This document shows positions 28,935 through 38,021 of a stretch of DNA of 64,000 bases, in pieces; position 1 is the stretch's first letter, and each line of letters starts with the position of its first letter. The stretch covers positions 1-64,000 of IMG/VR virus record IMGVR_UViG_3300047476_002078. One strand, given 5' to 3'. Made by a program: the position numbers and the translations under genes. The notes below the pieces were generated by a model, which was not told the DNA's origin, searched no databases, and saw only the letters and a program-made list of their open reading frames with translations.

Positions 28935-29159
28935 ATGCAAAAAGATGATGATTTTAGAAGAATTACTTCTATGCCTTTAGCTAAAGCGTTAAAAAATCCT
29001 CATACCGCTTCGGACTGGCTGGCAGAAAAAATGAATCTTGAACCACATCAAGTACATATTTCAAAAACAAGTGAAGATGAAATGGATACATATCTTGAAG
29101 GTTCATTATTGCTTCAAGGGGTTTCCTCTTTTAATTTTAAGGTCAAAATAAAAAAATGA
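28935..29159 (+). CDS. Hypothetical protein
   Basis: 74 aa, ATGA-coupled to the next gene. Confidence 0.55.
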   Translation: MQKDDDFRRITSMPLAKALKNPHTASDWLAEKMNLEPHQVHISKTSEDEMDTYLEGSLLLQGVSSFNFKVKIKK

Positions 29160-30295
29160 TAGCAGTTGTTCTTTCTGAGAAAAACGAATGTCAAAAAAGA
29201 TTAGCTTTCGTAAAATCTAAATTATACCAAAACGGTTTAAATTGTATCGTTATTCAAGATATTTGGGAAATGGAAAAATTAATCCCTTTTCTTTACTCAA
29301 TTGGGGACTTCCCTTTTTTGTTTTTTAAAAGTCCTTGGGAATGGATAGAAAAACCAAAAGAGATATTAGAGTTTCATGCCTCTAACACAGGATTCGACAG
29401 TGTAGTTGTTAGTGGGGATATTGTTACTTATATTCCATCAAGAGTGACTGTATTTCGAGATACTCTTATTAATTTTAAACAATTATATAACCAAGAGTTT
29501 TATAATTTTTATGCAAAAAATTCTCAAAAAGTAATTGATAAGCCAAACTATGCCCCTCACATATTTTTGACTACACATAATAGACATACCTATTTAGAAT
29601 TAACCCTAAACTCGCTTTTATTTAATGTGAGTGAGTCAACTCCAATAACTTTATTACTGAATGAACCTACAGAAGAAGTTTACAAAACAGCGTTAAAATT
29701 TTCTCAAAAAAGACAAATTGAAATTTTACATATAGAAAAAAACTCATTCTATTCTTCAATAAATTTAGCTGTTCAGTGGTATAACCCAGACATATTTATG
29801 GTATTTGAGGATGACTTTATCCTGCCTCCAACGGCAAAAGAATATTATCCAAATTGGGAGTATCATTTTGCCAGAAGGTTACAAGAATTTGACTTAGTTG
29901 GTTGGAGTCCTATTTTAGATAATGGTCCGACAATTCATAGATTACCTAGAATAGAATCAAAGCCTTTTGGTCAGTGGTATTACGGAAATAAATCTGAAAA
30001 ACCTTTACTATTAGGCAACGCTTTAATGATTAGAAAAAATTTTTGGTTAGAATCTTTAAAATTTATGGCTGAATCAGGGGATGAGAATAAATGGTACACT
30101 CCGCTAGATCACACGTTACATAAAAATGCTAAGAAATATTGTATGCCTAGTTTAAGAGGTTATCATATCGGATGGAATCAAACTTTGGATTATAATTTTA
30201 AAGCTCCTACAAATTTTGACCCTCCTTTAAAAAACACAGTTACTAGCATAAATACGGGTGAAAAAAGAGAGTTCAACTTACAGGATATTCTATGA
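29156..30295 (+). CDS. GT2-like glycosyltransferase with N-terminal extension
   Basis: LTTHNRHTYLELTLNSL, VFEDDF and HIGW motifs. Confidence 0.7.
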   Translation: MIAVVLSEKNECQKRLAFVKSKLYQNGLNCIVIQDIWEMEKLIPFLYSIGDFPFLFFKSPWEWIEKPKEILEFHASNTGFDSVVVSGDIVTYIPSRVTVFRDTLINFKQLYNQEFYNFYAKNSQKVIDKPNYAPHIFLTTHNRHTYLELTLNSLLFNVSESTPITLLLNEPTEEVYKTALKFSQKRQIEILHIEKNSFYSSINLAVQWYNPDIFMVFEDDFILPPTAKEYYPNWEYHFARRLQEFDLVGWSPILDNGPTIHRLPRIESKPFGQWYYGNKSEKPLLLGNALMIRKNFWLESLKFMAESGDENKWYTPLDHTLHKNAKKYCMPSLRGYHIGWNQTLDYNFKAPTNFDPPLKNTVTSINTGEKREFNLQDIL

Positions 30296-31086
30296 AAATA
30301 TTCATAGGTTTTGATAACAATGAGGCGGAAGCTGCCAAAGTGTGTGAATATTCTTTACGTAAAAACTCAAGTTCAGAATTAGATATAGTTTTTTTAAACA
30401 TTCATAATTTGAATTTTAATCGACCTTTAGACCCGTTGCAATCAAGCGAGTTCACATATACTAGATTTTTAGTTCCTTACTTGTGCGGATATGAAGGTAG
30501 AGCTTTGTTTATGGATTCGGACATGATTGTTCTTTCAGACATAAATGAGTTATTTGGTTTGTATGACCCGAATTATTCAATTCAAGTAGTAAAACATGAT
30601 TATGTTCCCACCCAACAAATAAAAAAAGGCAACAAAATACAGTCAGCTTACCATAGAAAAAATTGGTCTTCCTTAATGATGATGAATTGTGGAGATTTAA
30701 AAATATGGTCTAAAGATTATGTTGAAAAATCTACAGGTTCAGATTTACATCAATTTTTAGGTATCCGTGATGATAAAATTGGAGCTATACCAAAAAATTG
30801 GAATAGCCTTGATATTTTTGAGTCTGACACAAAAATACTTCATTTTACGTCTGGAGGTCCTTGGATTAAAGGTTGTGAAAATCATCCTGAATCGTATTTG
30901 TGGCTTCAATACTGGAAAGATATGTACAAAGATGGAATTAGAAGTGTTTTATCCGCTTACGATTGGAATAATATTGATAGTAATGTTTTCTTTAAATGGT
31001 GTGAAAATAAAAGGAAACAAGATATTTCCCCAGACAAAATATCATTCGTAGAGTTTGTCAGAGAGACGTTAAGTAAATTGTTATGA
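30292..31086 (+). CDS. GT8-like glycosyltransferase
   Basis: KIFIGFD, EFTYTRFLVP, FMDSDM, NWSSLM and HFTSGGPW motifs. Confidence 0.85.
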   Translation: MKIFIGFDNNEAEAAKVCEYSLRKNSSSELDIVFLNIHNLNFNRPLDPLQSSEFTYTRFLVPYLCGYEGRALFMDSDMIVLSDINELFGLYDPNYSIQVVKHDYVPTQQIKKGNKIQSAYHRKNWSSLMMMNCGDLKIWSKDYVEKSTGSDLHQFLGIRDDKIGAIPKNWNSLDIFESDTKILHFTSGGPWIKGCENHPESYLWLQYWKDMYKDGIRSVLSAYDWNNIDSNVFFKWCENKRKQDISPDKISFVEFVRETLSKLL

Positions 31087-31832
31087 ATCATATTTTTAAT
31101 AAATGCTACCTTCAAATATCCTCAGATTTTAATTTAGAATACATTAAAAAACAGGATTGTGTTTTATTTTCAGATAAGTACAAGTTCATAGATTATTTTA
31201 ATACTGCTATAGGATGTTCAAATTCATTGGTAGCTTGGAAAGGAAATAGCTTATTAGATTTAGTTAAAAAAGGCACAAGCGTTGCCACTTTTGTAAAAGC
31301 TTTAAGTGAATACGAGTCAGATAAAGACCTTCTCGTTTTTGGTGACATTGAAGACATAGCATTAATAATTTTGCAGACTATTAAATCTCTTACAAACTTA
31401 GATTTAAAGCAATTTTGGAGAGTTTGTGAAAAACAATATTTTCCTGTTACTATATCTGAAGATAGGCTAGAATTTTTAATTTCTTTGATAGAGCCTGTTG
31501 AAATTAAAGTAAAACGATTGTCTCCTGAATTTATGTACGCCGATTTTTTATTCAGAAATGACTCAACTTCAAAACAAGAGTTTTTAAAATTTTTTAATTT
31601 TTGTAATAATCACCAAATCAAAAAAAATTACAAATTAGGTCAGATATTTTACAGAGAAAATTTGTGGAAAGATGATTCTTATAAAAATTTTATCACAGAA
31701 AACTCACCTCAAGAAGTTATAACTGAAAACATAGAAAGAGAATGGTATTCCAACATAGATGTTATCGAATTAAATAAACATGTTTTAAAGTACATAGAGA
31801 GTATAAATGGTTTTGAAGTGCTTAGGCGATAA
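31083..31832 (+). CDS. Hypothetical protein
   Basis: 249-aa ORF, ATGA-coupled. Confidence 0.6.
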   Translation: MNHIFNKCYLQISSDFNLEYIKKQDCVLFSDKYKFIDYFNTAIGCSNSLVAWKGNSLLDLVKKGTSVATFVKALSEYESDKDLLVFGDIEDIALIILQTIKSLTNLDLKQFWRVCEKQYFPVTISEDRLEFLISLIEPVEIKVKRLSPEFMYADFLFRNDSTSKQEFLKFFNFCNNHQIKKNYKLGQIFYRENLWKDDSYKNFITENSPQEVITENIEREWYSNIDVIELNKHVLKYIESINGFEVLRR

Positions 31833-32034
31833 ATGTAAAGAGTGTCCAAATCACACTGAACTTTTGGATAATCTGGAAAAAATTGATACCTGCATTGATG
31901 GTTGTATAGGGTTGAAACCTTATTTTATAAATTTCGATAAAAAGCCACTTGAAGAAATACAAGCAACTTTTTCGGATGGAAGAGTAACTGACTTTGAATT
32001 TAAACTTATGCCTCCAGTTTTTAGGAGCATTTAA
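31807..32034 (+). CDS. Hypothetical protein with Cys motifs
   Basis: 75 aa; C..KCKEC...CIDGC. Confidence 0.45.
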   Translation: MVLKCLGDKCKECPNHTELLDNLEKIDTCIDGCIGLKPYFINFDKKPLEEIQATFSDGRVTDFEFKLMPPVFRSI

Positions 32035-32037
32035 AAA

Positions 32038-32517
32038 ATGAAAATTTTTGATTGCTTCATGTTTAATAATCAGATTGAAATTTTTAACAAAAGAGTCGAA
32101 AAACATTTTGATTATGTAGAAAGCTTTGTGATAGCTCAAGGAAAATTCAATTACGACGGTTCAGAAAAAGAATTTGTAGATTTATATGGCAAAAAATTAA
32201 CTCATATAATTAATGAAGAGAGAATAAGCTCCAAGACAATTCAACGTAATTTAATTATGAAAGGATTAGAAAAATGTAATTCTGAAGACATAATTATTTT
32301 TTCAAGAATAAATGAGTTTGTTGATTTTGATAGATTATTACCTTTTATTAAAGTTTTAGATTTTTTTCCAATATCTTTAGGATTATCAAACAGAGGTAAT
32401 CAAGCCGGACCTATAGTTACAAAGTACAAATATTTAAAATCTTTTACCCTGTCCCAATTAAGGAACCAAAGAAATTTTTTGTTAAAATTAGAAAACGGCT
32501 CTTTTTATGAGAATTGA
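32038..32517 (+). CDS. Short or degenerate GT17-like glycosyltransferase
   Basis: MKIFDCFMFNN..I..R, FVIAQG..YDG..K and QRN..MKGL motifs; the expected DxD is absent. Confidence 0.6.
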   Translation: MKIFDCFMFNNQIEIFNKRVEKHFDYVESFVIAQGKFNYDGSEKEFVDLYGKKLTHIINEERISSKTIQRNLIMKGLEKCNSEDIIIFSRINEFVDFDRLLPFIKVLDFFPISLGLSNRGNQAGPIVTKYKYLKSFTLSQLRNQRNFLLKLENGSFYEN

Positions 32518-32779
32518 TGGTAATTATTTATTTTTAGACCATATTGGAATTATGGATTCCATAATTTCTAATTTACATTCTTCTTATCATAAAATGATAT
32601 TAAGTTTTCAAGTACAGATTTCTGTTGATTGTTTTTTTATTCCGAACGATTGTTTAGATGAAGTAAAACAAATGCTTTTAAATGTTTCTCAGGAAACAAT
32701 TCCAATTAATTTATCAAAAGACATAAATAACGATATATTTAGACTTAAAAAACAAGAACACTTATTGGTTCGGTGGTAA
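32507..32779 (+). CDS. Hypothetical protein
   Basis: 90-aa ORF overlapping the previous stop. Confidence 0.45.
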   Translation: MRIDGNYLFLDHIGIMDSIISNLHSSYHKMILSFQVQISVDCFFIPNDCLDEVKQMLLNVSQETIPINLSKDINNDIFRLKKQEHLLVRW

Positions 32780-32968
32780 ATTTTCTTTAATGTAAGGATA
32801 AATTAATTCGTAGATGTAATTAGGATAACTAAGTAAACTGGGGTTAATTCCTTCTTTTTTCTTAGATTCTACCCACTTGTAAAATTCATTATTTTGAGGC
32901 TCGTCCCAATTATAGCAGCTATAAATTTTTTTTATTATGTCTTCTAGTAAAATTACTTTTTCATTCAT
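32762..32968 (-). CDS. Small protein homologous to the C-terminal tail of the GT8-like enzyme
   Basis: 14/37 ungapped identities by hand alignment with the 30937..31047 region. Confidence 0.65.
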   Translation of the reverse strand: MNEKVILLEDIIKKIYSCYNWDEPQNNEFYKWVESKKKEGINPSLLSYPNYIYELIYPYIKENLPPNQ

Positions 32969-32979
32969 ATAATATAATT

Positions 32980-33699
32980 GTGATGCAAAATGGGAAAACT
33001 CTTATATTTACTATAGCTTTTAATCGTCTTGAGATGATTAAATTTTCTATTTTAAATGTCGTCACTCATGCTAAAAACGCTCGTTTTGTAATATGGGATA
33101 ATGCTAGTGATCGAAAGCTTTTAGACTTTTGTCGGTACATTGTTAAAAATAACACTGAAAAGTCCCTCGAAATATTATACTTCGCATCAAAAAATATTGG
33201 TTTAAACGCAGCTAAAGAGATAGTTGAAAAATTTTCTGAGGGTTGTGAATTTATCATGAGTGTAGATGAGGATATTCTGTATCTACCTTTTAATTTTCAA
33301 TCTGATCTTCAATACTTACTAAAACAACAAGTTAAACCTTTAGGTTATGTGGCGTGTAATGTAATTCAAGATAAATTAACTAATGGTGCTAAACCTCCAG
33401 AAGATAGCTATCAAGAAATTGATGTAGGCTTACCTATTTTAATCGGACCTACCGGCGGATGGGCTTCCATGACAACCTCTTCAGTATATCAAAAAATAGG
33501 AGGATACTCTCAATCTAGCGAGGGCTTCTATGGTCTTGATGGTCTTTTTAGCAAAAAATGTCATGACAATGGTTTGTACACGGCGTTATCAAAAAATACT
33601 ATTTGTTATCATGCTACAGGTCCAAAATGGAATCATTATTTTAACTACGGTCAAATATATGATAAAAAATTAGAGATGTTTAAGAAATCAAAAACATGA
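32980..33699 (+). CDS. GT2-family glycosyltransferase
   Basis: IAFNR, VIWDNAS, NIGLNA, SVDED, KIGGY..FYGLDG and CYH motifs. Confidence 0.85.
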   Translation: MMQNGKTLIFTIAFNRLEMIKFSILNVVTHAKNARFVIWDNASDRKLLDFCRYIVKNNTEKSLEILYFASKNIGLNAAKEIVEKFSEGCEFIMSVDEDILYLPFNFQSDLQYLLKQQVKPLGYVACNVIQDKLTNGAKPPEDSYQEIDVGLPILIGPTGGWASMTTSSVYQKIGGYSQSSEGFYGLDGLFSKKCHDNGLYTALSKNTICYHATGPKWNHYFNYGQIYDKKLEMFKKSKT

Positions 33700-34490
33700 A
33701 GTTAGCAATTACTACAGATACCCATTATGGGTTTGACGCAAAAACTCATAGAATCCATGAAAAATTTCTTACAAGATTAAAAGAAATCTGTGATTTAGAA
33801 AAAGTGGAAGCTTTAATTCATACTGGCGATTGGATTTCTAATAATCAGCATCAATTACCAAGAACTTGGAATATGTTTAGAAAATTTCTTGGAGATTTAC
33901 CAATTTTGACTGTTTTAGGAAATCACGATTTTTGGCAACAAGAAGTATGGAACAGTAAAAAAAGTAGTTATAAAAGAGATAAAATAACAACCATTCCTGT
34001 TCTCAATGAACAGCATTACGAATGGGCTTTAGAAAATAAAATACATCTTTTACAAGGAAATCCATACATAAGTAATGATATTGTTTTTTATGGATTTAAT
34101 GGTTGGTATCATCATCCTAATCCACCAACTAATGACGCTGTTAATATGTGTAAAATGTATGAAACTGCTCCGACAGGATTGTATTTTTCTTATCAAGCTA
34201 ATAAGGAATTAGAAAAAATACTAATAGATGTTGACCAGCATCCTATCAAAAAGAAAGTCTGTGTTACTCATTTTCCTCCTTACAGTAAAAATCCGAATTA
34301 CGAAATTTATTGTGCCAATACCTCTTATTTAGATTTTATATCAGAAAAATTTGATTTACTTGTTGTAGGTCATTCTCATCAAACAGAAGATTGGATTTCA
34401 AAATCTTGTAGAGTTGTTAATGCAGGAACTAATTTTGATAAATTTAGCGGTGGGTATAATAAACCGAATTTTTTAATCATAGATATTTAA
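33696..34490 (+). CDS. Calcineurin-like metallophosphoesterase
   Basis: TDTH, HTGD, LGNHD, VTHF and GHSH motifs. Confidence 0.88.
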   Translation: MKLAITTDTHYGFDAKTHRIHEKFLTRLKEICDLEKVEALIHTGDWISNNQHQLPRTWNMFRKFLGDLPILTVLGNHDFWQQEVWNSKKSSYKRDKITTIPVLNEQHYEWALENKIHLLQGNPYISNDIVFYGFNGWYHHPNPPTNDAVNMCKMYETAPTGLYFSYQANKELEKILIDVDQHPIKKKVCVTHFPPYSKNPNYEIYCANTSYLDFISEKFDLLVVGHSHQTEDWISKSCRVVNAGTNFDKFSGGYNKPNFLIIDI

Positions 34491-34509
34491 GTTAGTCCTA
34501 AAATGTTAT

Positions 34510-34902
34510 GTGGTTAAAAAATCTAAATATTCAAAATTTTTATACAAAGCAAAACAGAGAAATTTAGAAGTATCTATTTCTTATACTGATTACGTTAAAT
34601 TAAAAAGCGGTACTTGTTTCTATTGTGGAACAGAGCCTTATATTCTAAAGCATTACTGCTATTTTTTAGGGATAAAGACACCATTTCCCACGATTGATAG
34701 AAAAGACAATACTAAAGGTTACACATTAGATAACACTGTCAGTTGTTGTTTCTTATGCAACAAAATAAAAGGTAATATTTTTAATTCAGACGAGATGGTT
34801 GAAATAGCTCAAAAATATTTGGTTCCTAAGATAAATTCGATTAAAGAAGAGGCTTGGGATGATTTCACCGATGATTGCAGGTATGATTATGATTTTGATT
34901 AA
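34510..34902 (+). CDS. HNH-family endonuclease
   Basis: CFYCG, IDRKDNTKGYTLDN and CCFLCNKIK motifs. Confidence 0.8.
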   Translation: MVKKSKYSKFLYKAKQRNLEVSISYTDYVKLKSGTCFYCGTEPYILKHYCYFLGIKTPFPTIDRKDNTKGYTLDNTVSCCFLCNKIKGNIFNSDEMVEIAQKYLVPKINSIKEEAWDDFTDDCRYDYDFD

Positions 34903-35652
34903 TTATACCTTGTTTAAAGTTTTTCCCATGATATTGTCTATATATCCAAACTGACAACTAAGTGTGAATCTTTCTTTTTCACATTTCATTGGATGCACTT
35001 TATGAAGAAGTCTTGGGTTCATATTGTCTAGTGTAATTAAAGTTCCGTGATTTGGTAAAACGTCTGCCAGAATACTAATTATTTCTTTTGGAAGACCTTT
35101 ATCGTCAATAGAACAATCAGATATGCTGAGATAGCCTCCATCGTTTTTAGTAAAATCTGAATCCCCTAAATACAGAATGTTGTTAAACCATGTCGAATCA
35201 GACAGATCATGATGCCATCCCAAGCTCTGATTTAATTTGTATTTGTGTGCTAACATGTAGCGATGGGTAAAATTACCATATATTGAAGTAAACCAATCCA
35301 TAGAATTTTCTACATTGAGCCAAAATTCCGTAAACATTTCAGGATAGTTATTGAAAGGTCTTTCAGATGAGTGCGGTCCATTAACCCCATTGACCCAAAT
35401 ATCTGGATGTTTTACTTCTTTCCAATCAAAACTTAGAGACTTTTTTAAATCTACATTAAAATCTGGTTCAATGACCTGACCGTTAGATGCTAGGTAATTT
35501 TTGGATTCGTAAACATCAAAAACATTTCCAGCATCAACAAAAACTTCGCTTTTTAAACAATTGAGTAGTTTGTCGGAATTTTCTTTTTTTAATTTCCTTA
35601 CAACAAAACCTTTTGAAAAAAAGTGATCTAAGTCAAATTCATCCTCGAACAT
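34903..35652 (-). CDS. 2OG-Fe(II) oxygenase, paralog 1
   Basis: WHHD..ILYL..DGGYL..PNHGTL..LHKV..ERF. Confidence 0.88.
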   Translation of the reverse strand: MFEDEFDLDHFFSKGFVVRKLKKENSDKLLNCLKSEVFVDAGNVFDVYESKNYLASNGQVIEPDFNVDLKKSLSFDWKEVKHPDIWVNGVNGPHSSERPFNNYPEMFTEFWLNVENSMDWFTSIYGNFTHRYMLAHKYKLNQSLGWHHDLSDSTWFNNILYLGDSDFTKNDGGYLSISDCSIDDKGLPKEIISILADVLPNHGTLITLDNMNPRLLHKVHPMKCEKERFTLSCQFGYIDNIMGKTLNKV

Positions 35653-36328
35653 ATTTTTTAGTCTCTTTGTTTATTACATTATTGAAGTATCCTAGCTGAC
35701 ATACAAGGGCATAACGTGTTTTATCAGAAAAAAGCTTTTCAACTTTATGCAAAACGCTTGGGTTATAATTTGATATGGTAACAAGTGTTCCGTGATTTGG
35801 TAGAATTTTTATTTTACTTTCTACAGTGTCTTTTATTGGAATACCTTTCCCTGTTATATTACAGTGTCCTACCTCTAAATAACCTCCATCTTCAAGTTTC
35901 CATGTGTCGTCGGTAAGATATAATATGTTTAATAGAAGTGTCGCATCCGTTACATCGTAGTGCCATCCCATGCCATCATCTTTATTGTATTTATGAGCCA
36001 TGATTGTTCTATGGGTAAAACTTCCATAAAGTTTTGGAAACCATGAAAAGTATTCGGATTCAGATAAATTCTTCCAAAAATCTTGAAATAAATTAGGAGC
36101 GGAATTGAAAGGGCTTTTCTTGTCCCATAGAGGAGCTTTGGGGTGTATAATCCCATCCCAACTTTCTTTTAAAGCAACACTCGAAGGATTATCTAAAGAA
36201 TAGACATCATCTTCTTCAATATAATCATCTTTTTTTATAGCTTGTAATAATTGATCTGCCTCAGATTTATCAATTTTGGTAAATGTAAATCCATCACGAA
36301 AAAAATTATTTAGATTAAATTTTTCCAT
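35639..36328 (-). CDS. 2OG-Fe(II) oxygenase, paralog 2
   Basis: WHYD..ILYL..DGGYL..PNHGTL..LHKV..TRY. Confidence 0.88.
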   Translation of the reverse strand: MEKFNLNNFFRDGFTFTKIDKSEADQLLQAIKKDDYIEEDDVYSLDNPSSVALKESWDGIIHPKAPLWDKKSPFNSAPNLFQDFWKNLSESEYFSWFPKLYGSFTHRTIMAHKYNKDDGMGWHYDVTDATLLLNILYLTDDTWKLEDGGYLEVGHCNITGKGIPIKDTVESKIKILPNHGTLVTISNYNPSVLHKVEKLFSDKTRYALVCQLGYFNNVINKETKKYVRG

Positions 36329-36896
36329 ATAAATGCTCCAAAAATCCCGTCTGGCAAGATAAAGCTATGCGTGTTTTTTCCGATTTTACCGTAGATACCT
36401 CATGTAATATACAAGGATTTAAGTTATTAATTGTAACTAAAGTTCCGTGATTAGGGGAAATCTTTTTTAATACTTTGTAGGAGCCGTTATTTTTCCCATC
36501 GTTATTTATGTTGCATTGAGAAATAATTAACTCTCCTCCATCTTCAGGATAAAAAGTTTCATCTGTTAGATATAAAATACTTAATATAAAAGACCTGTCT
36601 AAAACATCATTATGTGTTTCCATAGCTTCACCTATTTCATAACGATGTGCAATAATATTTTTGAAAGAAAAATTTCCAAATAGTTTAAAAAATGCGTATG
36701 AGTTTAGACGTTTATGCCAATAGTAATCAATATCTTTATTATAAAAGTTAAGGCATGTTTGATTTCTTAAATACCCTTCAGATTTTTCTTCATAAGAATA
36801 GTTTAACTTTTTTGCTTCTTTTAGTAGCAAGTCAGCGTCGGATTTATCTATTTTTTCAACGCAGTAACCAAATTTAAAAAATAAGTTTATATCCAT
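36315..36896 (-). CDS. 2OG-Fe(II) oxygenase, paralog 3
   Basis: THND..ILYL..DGGEL..PNHGTL..LHEV..TRI. Confidence 0.88.
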   Translation of the reverse strand: MDINLFFKFGYCVEKIDKSDADLLLKEAKKLNYSYEEKSEGYLRNQTCLNFYNKDIDYYWHKRLNSYAFFKLFGNFSFKNIIAHRYEIGEAMETHNDVLDRSFILSILYLTDETFYPEDGGELIISQCNINNDGKNNGSYKVLKKISPNHGTLVTINNLNPCILHEVSTVKSEKTRIALSCQTGFLEHLYGKI

Positions 36897-36945
36897 CTAT
36901 ATTAAATTATAACAACAAACGTCGTAGATATGATAGGTTTTAGTA

Positions 36946-37641
36946 ATGTTTTACGGTAAATTTGACGTAAATTCTTTTTTTAAAAATGGTCACACCGTCG
37001 GTAAACTTGATGATAATACTTCAGATTATTTGTTGAATTTGATTGAAAAAGAAAAATTTGCACAAGCTGAACAAAAGAATCTATTTTTAGACAATCCAGA
37101 TCACCCAGATGCTAAATTAGAGTATCCTGAAATATGGACAGAAAACGGAAATATCGTACAAGCTTTTTCTCGCCAAAATTACAACCCTGAATTGATACAG
37201 TTTTGGAAAGAATTTTCAGATAGTAACTTAAAATGGTTTAAAGATTATTTTGGCTCATTTGATGATATGACTATGTTAGCTCATAATTTTAAAATTAATA
37301 ATGAGATAGGTTTTCATACAGATTACATTGAAGCTTCTTATTTAGGGGTCATTGTTTATCTTGGGGATAGAAATTTCACGAAAGATGACGGAGGGTATTT
37401 GGAATTAGCTAAGTGCAAAGTAGATAATGAGGGAACGCCTCTAATCGACACAGTTCAAGTATTAAATCAAATTTTGCCTAATCACGGTACAGTGGTTTTT
37501 ATATCTAATACAAATCCTTGTTTCATGCACAGAGTTGTTCCATTAAAGTCTTGTAAAGTAAGAATTTCGCACGCCTGTAGATTCGGTTTTATTGCAAATA
37601 GAGTTAGTAAGAAAAATTTACCGAATCACGGGTATTTATAA
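36946..37641 (+). CDS. 2OG-Fe(II) oxygenase, paralog 4
   Basis: FHTD..IVYL..DGGYL..PNHGTV..MHRV..VRI. Confidence 0.88.
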   Translation: MFYGKFDVNSFFKNGHTVGKLDDNTSDYLLNLIEKEKFAQAEQKNLFLDNPDHPDAKLEYPEIWTENGNIVQAFSRQNYNPELIQFWKEFSDSNLKWFKDYFGSFDDMTMLAHNFKINNEIGFHTDYIEASYLGVIVYLGDRNFTKDDGGYLELAKCKVDNEGTPLIDTVQVLNQILPNHGTVVFISNTNPCFMHRVVPLKSCKVRISHACRFGFIANRVSKKNLPNHGYL

Positions 37642-37655
37642 ATAAGGGGCTATTT

Positions 37656-38021
37656 ATGAAATTTAATTTTGAATACCACGGAGAAAACTACGATTTCGAT
37701 GTGATTATTGAAAAACAACTCAACAGTTATTCAATAATTTCCACAAATAAAGAAATTTCTATGAAATCTGAAGTAATGTTTCAAGAAAATGGGGATATAA
37801 GAATACTAAAACCTGTAAGTTTTATTTTAAAAGACCCAAAGATACAAATTAGTGACTACGTAATAAAAGTTTTTGTAAAAGCTACAAGGATAGCCTCAGT
37901 TTTAACCAATTTTCCTGAATTAAGCGTGGCAGATGCCAAAAATTTAATAGACCTGTTTGGTGACGAAGTGGCTATAAACTGCTCCGCTTTGAACATGAAA
38001 TTTTGTATGGAAATCCACTAA
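37656..38021 (+). CDS. Hypothetical protein
   Basis: 121 aa, RBS AAGGGG. Confidence 0.6.
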   Translation: MKFNFEYHGENYDFDVIIEKQLNSYSIISTNKEISMKSEVMFQENGDIRILKPVSFILKDPKIQISDYVIKVFVKATRIASVLTNFPELSVADAKNLIDLFGDEVAINCSALNMKFCMEIH

